From Lama guanicoe (lineage: Eukaryota), in contig MU056050.1 of assembly GCA_013239625.1 (NCBI GenBank), positions 4,140,084 to 4,204,083 of the forward strand: DNA of 64,000 nt, read 5' to 3'. Below the pieces are notes generated by a model. The model had not been told where the DNA came from, did not search any database, and saw only the letters and a program-made list of their open reading frames with translations. Positions 54,290 through 64,000 of the stretch are shown here, one piece after another; the stretch's first letter is position 1; the number at the start of each line of letters is the position of its first letter. Made by a program: the position numbers and the translations under genes.

Positions 54290-54500
54290 ATTTTCCTTAA
54301 AGGCTAGTGCTCTGAAGACAAACTTTCAGGGTTTTTATTCCAGCCCTACCATTTCACCACTTACCGGCTTTGTGATCTTGTAAGTTACTTAACCTCTCTG
54401 TGCACCAGTTTTCCTTGACTGTTAAATGGGATAATAATGACTCACTTCATAGGGTTTTATGAGGATTAAAAATTCATAAATAATAAGTAATAAAATGTAA
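54290..54500 (+). mobile_element. MIR SINE
   Basis: TGTGATCTTGTAAGTTACTTAACCTCTCTGTG..AAATGGGATAATAAT..CATAGGGTTTTATGAGGATTAAA. Confidence 0.75.
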
Positions 54501-57500
54501 ACATTTTGACTGAAAACTTACTATGTGATAGATTCTGTGCCAAGTGGTTTACATGTATTAACACATCTAATAGTATATGCAAAGGCCCTGAGTGCTGTAT
54601 TTGAGAAAATAAAAGACCAGTGTGGCTGTTGTGTAGTGAGTAAGAGAAAAGATGGTAAAAAATTAGAGGTAAGCAAGAGTCAGATCATACTCCTTGTTGG
54701 CTATATAAAGGATTTTGGATTTTATTTTGAACATTGTTTAAAATTTTAAATGGTGGTAAGCCAAAGCTCTACTGGATTTCAAGGTATCCAACCATCTTAA
54801 AGGCTAATAAGAGGTCTTACTAAGATGAGGACAAAAAAAAAAAAAAAGTACATTAGAGGCAATAAGTCATCTTGAAAAGAGTCAAGGGCTCTTATATGGA
54901 AATCTGCATAATGAAATTCCAGTATATCTCTGATTGTAATGCCTATAGTGCCTAAAAACATAATTTTTTCATATTTCTTTTGGTGTTGCACTTACCTGAA
55001 GCGCTATATATTAAATGGCTTCTGTAAAACTCTTATAGTTCTCTGATTCTAAGATGTTCCTCCTTTTGTATGTTTGTAAATTTTTAATTAAAGAGAAGTC
55101 TTAATCATAGCATTACTATTATTGGTTGGTTATAAAGCAAGTATTATTTCCATTTAGAACCCTACATGGATTCTTTCTTTGATGAAGTTTGGTCAAATCT
55201 TTCCCCAAGCATTTTTATTTTAGAGAACTGATGGACAGGACCAAACTCATAGAATATAAAATTCATCACTGCATAATACCCATTCAAATGGTAATAATAA
55301 TTCTCAGGTATCTATCTTCCCCAATTTTTTGTAATTTATTCATACCTTCTATTTTCTTTTCCTGCTACTGTTCACTCTTTGGCAATTTCACTGTTCATTA
55401 GCATGTCTATCAGATAGTGAATAAGAAAAGCAAGGAAATAAGTTAAAATAAATCAGATTGTTTTATTATTCATCACTAGATCTCAAAAAGCAGCTGTAGG
55501 AAGAGATTGGAAATTAATTTTTGAATGGATATTTTGGATTATCTCAGTCTTAGCTGATGCCTGTGTATCACAAAAATAATCAACCTTATTATTGACAAAA
55601 CTAAATCTAGTGTTTTTGATCTTACATATTTGCTAGACTGCTCTTTCAATAGTACAAATAACATAATATTTCATAAATATTCATTTCAGTGTCATTAAAT
55701 TCAGCAATATTTATTAAGCTTTTAAAAATTCCTGTAAGTGTAGAATGCCTACTGCAGAACTAGAAGAAACAAAAGATGTATTTGATATGGTCGCTGCCCT
55801 CAGGGAGTTTATGAACTAGTTAGGGAATCTGGTTTACACACACATAAAACAGATGATAAGAAAAGGCAGCAAACCGTCATTTAACATCAATGATAAAGGC
55901 AAAATGTATACTAATAAATAAGAAAATATAAAATGCATTTGACATTCTATATCTCATTTCTGAAATTAACTATTATTAGTACTTCCATTCCAGTGAGTCC
56001 ATTAGTAACAGACTAGTGATTTGAGATAGTTTCTTTGTCTTTATCAAGCGTGGAGTCAACTGAGACTTTGCTGAATGGTTCAAGTTATATTTTTATTATA
56101 GAAAATATTATTGGTTTGACAAGCTAGATATGCTTAGGGTTTTGATGAAATTAAATGCTCTGCCCTAATTATTTTCTCCAAGGGAGAAACTCTTTAAACA
56201 AAACAAAGACAGAGAAGTCATCATTAATATGCCCAAATATTTATTTTCTTTTGAATTTTTCTTGAGTATAAAATTTATCATTTGGCTATAGGCAGCAGTA
56301 TGTCAGTGAAATAAGGTTTACAATAGTATTTTCCTAAATTATTTGATTACTAGGCCACATTATTTAGACAAAATTCTGAATAATTAGTACATGTAAAAAA
56401 TTTATCATATACCTACTATGTGAAACAGATTTTTTATTTTATGAATTCATCCCATTTCCCTTCCTTTTAATAAAAATAGACTAATCTTCCTAAAAGAATA
56501 ACACAAACACTACTGTCTGAAAAAGCAATGAGAAAATGCCCAACATTTATAAAATAATAGCAAATGTGATTACATATCAAATGAAAAGAACATATGTTGT
56601 CATGAAGTAAGAAATATCTGAACTTTGACACACAGAAGAATTTTATTTTATTTTTTAAGGTTGAGACTTCCGGTGATTGTGTTCCCCAAACTGTGAGTGT
56701 TTATATGCAATGATATCGAGGGCCGGTGATGGATTCCATCCAGCCATTGGTTTGTCACAACGAGAGATATCTGGATCCCTGAAAAAACAATTTTCTGCTT
56801 TTTAACCTTCCTCAGAAAGTGTGAACAGCTTATTTGAAATCCTTCCTTACACCCCTCCTGGAAAAACAAGTCACAGTTTATGGCATTGCCTGTATCATCA
56901 TCCACATTAAAAAATAAAAATAAAATAAAATAACAAGCAAAAATTAGCAAAACAATCACCACGTATCCATTGAGACTTACATAGTATCATTTCCTTTGAC
57001 ATTCTATTGAAATTACTGGTTGCTTTAGTTAAAACGATCTGCTTCACATCACCCAATTAAAAAACAAACTGAAATATGTTGTGTATTACTTCTGAGTCTG
57101 CCTCCACAAAGTCTAAACAACCCGTAGCAAAATGAAAAGTTCAATCAACCCCACTGTTTAGGCTACATGACGCCAAATTACCAGTCTGAATTTTCCCCAT
57201 TGAATGGGCCAGATGTTTCAGCATTGTGCAGACACAGCCTAAGAAAGTATTCAACCACTTGCTATCAGATGATTGTATTAGAGGGTGGGAATTCACATGC
57301 CTAGCCACACCTATTCAGGCAGTAATACACCCTTTGCATAAAGTGAAGCACACTGTATAATTTTATGATGTTATGTCAGTAGCCATATTTTATCTTGCAC
57401 AGAAATTATGAGGACATACTGCAGTCACATAAAACAGAATCTTGTTTTACCTAAGCTCTGATGAATTAGGTAATTTATTGTGCATAGTTTGTGCATGTAT

Positions 57501-58014
57501 TTAAAATGCCTAGAATGTGTAGTTGTATATACTTTTTTGAATGAGTGATCTGAAGGTTTTTCTAATGATAGAATTGTGAACTCCAGGCTGAAATTTTAAA
57601 AGAAAATGTGATGATAGATTTACAATTCAAAGGAACATAAATGAACAGAAATGCCCTAAAAAACAGCTGTCTACCTGACTGATCCAAGAAAATGAACACT
57701 GAAAACAAACAGCTGCCCTATAGTAGGCTTTGTGGTAAAACTGATCACCCTGAGCATAATGAATTTATTTTCCTTTGTGCTTATTACGAACTTGGCAAAC
57801 TTTCTCTGGTATAAATATTTAAATGTAATGATGAAAAGAAACAGTAATGGCCCAACATCCAAGAGAGAGCCAGAACTGTCTCTGGGAATTTTAAGGACTC
57901 TGAGAAAACTTCCTTTCAATTTGTCATTCTTCGTTTATGATTAGAATTAGGAACCTAAATCCTTAAGTTTCTATTAAGCATAATTAAAAGGTGTAAGTAT
58001 CATTGTGGAGTACG

Positions 58015-58140
58015 AAGGGAAAGAAAAGGAAGTGAGAGAGTGATGAGAGAGAAATGGTGGTGGGGAAAAGATAGAAGAGGAGTGAGGGGAGGGAAAAAGA
58101 GAGGGGAGGGAAGGAGCTGGGAGGAGAAGAGAGGGAGAGG
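58015..58140. repeat. Polypurine (GA-rich) low-complexity tract
   Basis: About 125 bp almost entirely G/A on the plus strand. Confidence 0.85.
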
Positions 58141-59832
58141 CATCAGCAGAGCAGTAGAGCAGCCTTGTCATTCTGAAAGTGTGGCGTAATAAGTAAGCAT
58201 GACCCAGGCTGTCAAATGATATCAGGTTTACCCTTGTCAAGATAGTCAAGGATATAGAGCAAGGTTAAATGATTTCCGGTGATTCTATATGCAAAAGCAC
58301 TCAACATGCCAATATTTCTTCTTGAATTTAGCACCATTCCCTAAATTTTTCTTGGTTGCATACTTGCTAGCACCCATAATATGCTAAAGGCAATTCCTTT
58401 GAGTAAGTCTTAAAGCTCTCTCTCTCTTCTTTAAATGGCATTGCTAATAAGGAAGCTTTTAGAGCAAAAGAAAATGGGCTCAGTTAAAAGTATTAGTGCT
58501 ATTCTACAAGATTCTAGTAACAGAAAGTCAAAATTACAGAAAACTCCATTAGGGCATCTGTTTATAAGCAGCCTGTGTGGAAAAATGAGTGAACCATAAA
58601 AAAATCAATATCATGGCATGATTTTATGGAGCAAAATTCAGCTAGTGAGGTTTATGATACTTGAGTGCCAAACAATTACTTTTTTTTTAATTTCTGCCAT
58701 ATCTTCCCCCCCAAAAAGATTTCAACTGGCTTTTAACAAGACCGACAGATGCATTATAATCATTACAGAGAGCAAAAATAGGCTACAACCAATAATAGAT
58801 ATAGGTTGGTGTGGAGGTGGGAGAGATACTTAGCTTCCTGACAATCAAAGTAAAGAAAGGAAAAATAATGGACTAACTCTCATTCTCTAATGAAAAGAAA
58901 CAATACAGATTTTCAGATAAGACAAACTCTCTGTTGAATCCTTCATCTTCAGGATAAAGTAGTGGTGTGATCCTTCATATAAGAATTATAAGGCAACAAA
59001 ATATTGCCTTAGAAAATTTTACAAAATGAAAGCACAAGGGCAGCCTGTATATGTTTTCCGATGGTGACCATGGATAAGAGTAGAGAGAAAATATGAAACT
59101 CTATATTTACTGAATTATTTCTATGGGGAACTCTAATAACATAATTTAAATATGCAGCAGTCTGACAATCTGACTTGATAGAAAGCTACGGTATAGAGAG
59201 TCTAACTAGTACATTCCGTATTTCAGTGGCTTTCAACCGAGCTATTCATTAAAATAATCTGGAGCTTTAAAAATATACATGACTGGTTCTGATTCTCTAA
59301 TATGCTGCTTCAGTATGTTTGGGATGGGGCTAAGTATTTTTAAATATCTTTCTCTGGTTAGCTCTTCTGAATATTTCACATCGTTATTCTCTGGATTTCC
59401 TCTGAGTGCAGCCAGTATATCCATGCCTGCTGTAAGCATTATGTTTATCTGATGCTGTTTTATTATCATTTATTTCTTTTTCCCAGGTGACATGTAGGAA
59501 TCCACACTTTCAAAACTTTAAAATTTAAAAATTATTGCACTGGCCTGAGTTACTGGAAACTATACATGGTGGCATGGCTTAAAAATGTTTTCATCTGGAC
59601 AAATATACCACTTCAAGGATAAAGAAGAAAATAAATTTAAACACATTGAGCATCTACAGTGTGTCAAGAATTGTCTCACTGTATATTGCTTTATATGTAT
59701 TATCTCATTGAAATGCTAGAGCAATTCTGGGATATAATCCCCATTTTACATATGAGAAAAGTCAAACGTATAGAGGTTAAGGCCTGCCCAAAGTTACACA
59801 GCTTATAAACAGTGGAGCTGAGATTCAACTGT

Positions 59833-60851
59833 CTTAATTTTTTATATATTCACTTATTCATTCATTTACTCATTTGTTTAATATGCTTTCTTTTTAGTTA
59901 ATTATTTTTTATTAAAGTATAGTCAGTTTACAATGTGTTAATATCTAGCATACAGCATAATGATTCAGTTATACATATATATATATATATATATTCCTTT
60001 TCATATTCTTTTTTATTCTAGGCTATTACAAGGTATTGAATATAGCTCCCTGTGCTATACAGTAGGACTTTGTTGTTTACCTACTTTATATATAGTAGTA
60101 TCTGCAAATCCTGACCTCCCAATTTATCCCTCCTCCCTATTCTTCCTACCTCTAGTAACCTTACATTTGTTTTCTATGTCAGTGAGTCTGTTTCTGTTTT
60201 GTAAATAAGTGCATTTGTATCTTTTTTTTTTTTTTTAGATTCCACACATAAGTGGTATCATGGTATTTTTCTTTCTCTTTCTGGCTTACTTTGCTTAGTA
60301 TGATGATCTCCAGGTCCATCCATGTTGCTGCAAATGGCACTATTCTATTCTTTTTTATGGCTGAGTAGTATTCCATTATATAAATATACCACAGCTTCTT
60401 TACCCAGTCATCTGTCCATGGACATTTAGGTTGCTTCTATGTCTTGGCTATTGTAAATAGTGCTGCTCTGAACATTGGGGTGCATGTGTATTTTTGAATT
60501 AAGATTCCCTCTGGATATATGCCCAGGAGTGGGATTGCTGGGTCATATGGTAAGTCTAGTTTTAGTTTTTTAAGGACTCTTCATACTGTTTTCCATAATG
60601 GCTGCACCAAACTACATTGCCACCAGCAGTTCCCTTTTCTCCACACCCTCTCGAGCATTTATTGTTTGTGGCCTTTTGAATGATGGCCATTCTGACTGGT
60701 GTGAGGTGATACCTCATTGTAGTTTTGATTTGAATTTCTCTTATAATTATTGATATTAAGTATTTTTTCATGTGCCTATTGGGCATTTGTATGTCTTCAT
60801 TTGAGAAATGTTTGTTTAGGTCTTCTGCCTATTTTTGGATTACGTTGTTTG
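59833..60851 (-). mobile_element. 5'-truncated artiodactyl/camelid-type L1 inserted into a MIR; TSD core TCAACTGT at 59825-59832 and 60852-60859
   Basis: Minus ORFs MEYYSAIKKN..FAATWMDLEIIILS and [22 protein letters not shown] are L1 ORF2 C-terminal motifs. MIR halves at about 59640-59832 and 60860-60895. Confidence 0.92.
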
Positions 60852-62117
60852 TCAACTGTATTTAAAACCAGTGTTCATTCCACTATCCCATGTCACTTCT
60901 ATCATAGATAACATGATGTGCTACATCATGTTATGATGAGTTCATAACAATAACTGATGGCATGATTTAAAATCAGGGCAAAATAAATATATAGTGCCCT
61001 TCCTTACTAAACAAGAACAAAAATAAAATATTTGTTTGATTCCTAAATGTATTTATGAACCCATTGCTCTTCAAAGCCTATTGTAACTAAGATTGCTTCT
61101 CCATCACTGTCCCACGACAACAAGCTTAGGAAAAGTGATTCTTTGATCATATTATGAGGGTAGAGATTCTCTTTTTGCCATTGAGAAGTGGATCCAATAG
61201 ATAACATCCAGGTGTTAAAAATGAAAACACACAACAAATAAAAACTCTGGTCAAAAAATTTTTGAAATACAAAAAAAAAAAATCTTAAAATCCCATTAAT
61301 AAACAATCACCAAAGAGCCAGAATTTAAATAGATCTTGTTAATTGTGTTTATCTCAGTGTGAAGCCGTGTCAGAAAGCCTAAAGCAAATGTATTTTGTTA
61401 AAAGTGCTACTAGCACAGCAGGCCCTGAGCATTAAAAAGGAAGCTTGTCATTACAGGGCTGCAACCAAGAGAGGAGACTAACGCCGGTCTAAATCATTCA
61501 TTTAAGTTGAAATGCTGCATTTTAAAGCTATTTATGTCCAGCAGAATTCCCTACCCTGCATTTGTCTTAATACTATTTGAATTGAGCGTTTATAATCTAT
61601 TTAAAATCAAACAAATCACAGCTTAGGGACTTGGCCTGCTAGTTGTGTTCAGAGTTGTAACACTAGCGTGCTTGGGACTATTACCAATATTAATTGCTAT
61701 AGAAGTGATTTTCCCTTTGAATAGATTACTAGATTGCTGGATGCCTATAGTCTAACACAAGTAGAGTCCTGTAATCTGAGAAGTAAGAATAAAACTAGCT
61801 GATAGGCTGTCTAGCTCAAGTTGATAGACAGCAGTCATTTATATCTCCCTTTTTTGGAAAATCTTCTGAATAATAGTACTGAAGTACTAAAGATAGCAAA
61901 CCTGTAAATTCACTGCAAATAGGAAAGTCGTTGGAAGGTCAGGTCTTTGATACATATCCTAGAAGATGGAAGAAAGGTGAGACCATATTGATGGACAATC
62001 TACAAGGGCAAGAGCCACAGCTCAGGGCATGTACAGGATGCTGCCGCAGAGGTTAGAGGTGCTTTCACCGGAGAGGCGGAAGAGGACTTACAAAGCGACG
62101 TGATTTACGAGCTGCAG

Positions 62118-62400
62118 CAGCGGTCTCCAAGGCTGTGTGCGCTCATCCTAGGGAGTGCACAGGATGATTCCGTGCGGTACGCAGAAGAAAATAGTGAAGT
62201 CTCCATTTATACTTGTTTTCTACCAAAAAGTAAGAAATATATTATGCTCATCAATATTTTATAAACAGATTGACAGTAGTCTGTATGTGATTATGAAACT
62301 ATATGATATATATTTTGATGTATTAACCACATTGCTTATTTAAGTTATATAAATTTTACAAATACACAAATTATATTTATTATATAAATATCATTTATAT
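62118..62400. mobile_element. Charlie4-like hAT relic
   Basis: CAGCGGTCTCCAAGG..GTGCACAGGATGATTCC..GAAGAAAATA terminus. Confidence 0.55.
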
Positions 62401-64000
62401 ATAAAATTATAATATTGTATATATATGTACAATTATTAATAGGTGTCCTTTTTGTGACTGATAGTCTGCAGAATGGCTGTGGGGGTCAGCAACACCCCTA
62501 TACTAGCCTTTATCTGCAGGCGGAGGCTAAGGTGCTGTTTTCTAGAGAAGTGAATGACGTACCAGGAAGGGATTAGTGCTTTAGTTACCATAGTTGATAC
62601 CTCACAGAAGAGCTGTCCTCATTTTGGTTTACAGAAGAGTGACTGTGCGCCTGTTTTCTGCCATAAGCACTAAAATATAAACCACTTGTGTGAAATTAGA
62701 TCTGACTTTCAGGATTGAGGCTTGTGAAAGAAGATCTTAATAATGGCAGAAGAATTGCTTGGTAGTGACCTATAATAATCCACCTAGTCTTTCATTTGTA
62801 AGTATGACTAGAAAACCAAGCATCATCAGATATTTGAGAAAAACTGGAAGCGTCAAAGGAAGCACAACTAACCCTGGAAGAACCAAGGATAATTTGGAAG
62901 AAAATAACTTTTAAAAAGCATGCTAATCAGTATTTTTGAGAGAATCAAGAAGAGCCCACTTTGATAAAATAAGAACAGGTGGCTATAAGAAGAGTAATCA
63001 GAAAACAAGGTTACATTTAAATTTGATTAAAAGTTAGAAAGTCAAGATAATTAATTCAAATTGAATGTAAAATGAATTGCAAAAATATGGGATATCACAT
63101 AGATGGTGAAAGTTTTATAGGCAAACAGTAAGAATCACATGTCAGAGCCACTTATCAGTGAATATCTAGTAATATTAGATCAGTTCAAAATTGAAGGGAG
63201 AGAAAAATTGATCAATATAATGACATGGTAGGTGCTTCACAAGAAGCTAATCCAAATATCAAAATATTAGGGGAGCCTTTTGGAAAATGAATGAAGCTTT
63301 CAAATATTTTTGCAAAAATTACCTTACTTATTTTCATGCTGTGGAATGTAAATACAAAATGAAGAATGTAGTAGACTATTATCTTATAATTTGGTTGAGA
63401 AAATTTTTCCCCAGTCCCCCCTTCAAAGTAAATACTTCTTTCATTCATGTTTATTCTAAGAAATTAATGCAGTTTTAATTGAAACATAAATGTCATTAAA
63501 TATAAGATTTAAATAAAAGTAAATTTTAATTTTTTTCAGGCAGGTTTTATAAAACCTCTAATTTCTGCTATTTTCATAACTCTGAAATTTTGGTTCTTGT
63601 TTTCAGCATTTTCACTTTAAGTGGGATTTTTTTAAGCATGGATAATGAATTCTTAGAATAGTATGATTTAAGAAGCTGGATAATCTTAGTCATGAGGCAA
63701 ATAAGACATACATTTCTTATGTCAACAACCAAAAAAGAAAAAAAAAACCTAACCTGTCATGCTAGCAAAAACAAGAAGCTCTGTAAGGATGTAATGATCC
63801 AAATAGGAAGCAAACTAAAATGTGGCATGATTTTGAGCATTGAATGGAGTGTAAAATAGAAGAATACATTTGACTTTGATGCTTGAAGCATCTTCCCTTA
63901 AGAAGGTACATCATTGTTTTCTGTAGATCCACTCATGCTACTTGGCTCTGCAGTGAAAAATATTTACAGAATTACAATATTGAAAATTATAACCTACATA

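Noticed and set aside
59960..60786. ORFs with L1 ORF2-like peptides
   Set aside because: Fragments of a truncated, frameshifted L1, not host genes.
13300..64000. Remaining 60-130 aa ORFs in the track
   Set aside because: Many start at TTG/GTG, lie in repeats or AT-rich DNA, and show no recognisable protein similarity.

Overview
AT-rich, repeat-rich mammalian genomic DNA, most likely from a camelid (two tRNA-Ala-derived SINEs of vic-1 type with target-site duplications) and probably from the X chromosome (inferred only from the gene family). The one clearly supported protein-coding gene is a DCAF12-like WD40 CRL4 substrate receptor with an intronless CDS, closest to DCAF12L2 (minus strand, ATG 12488 to TGA 11094, 464 aa). 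It sits in a ~2 kb CpG island with a poly(A) signal at 10088-10093. The rest is ancient L2, MIR, L3/CR1, L1M, MaLR LTR and MER/Tigger/Charlie repeats plus younger L1 3' ends and SINEs, several nested and with readable TSDs. Repeat subfamily names come from memory of consensus sequences and their boundaries are approximate. I found no clear new biological system. The best leads are: (i) a strong splice donor and acceptor that bracket the whole DCAF12L2 ORF; (ii) a G-rich segment at 48.1-49.3 kb that repeats this donor/acceptor/poly(A) layout and shares collinear motifs with the DCAF12L2 5' region; (iii) orphan terminal-exon-like segments; (iv) a direct-plus-inverted triplication at 16.0-16.2 kb.
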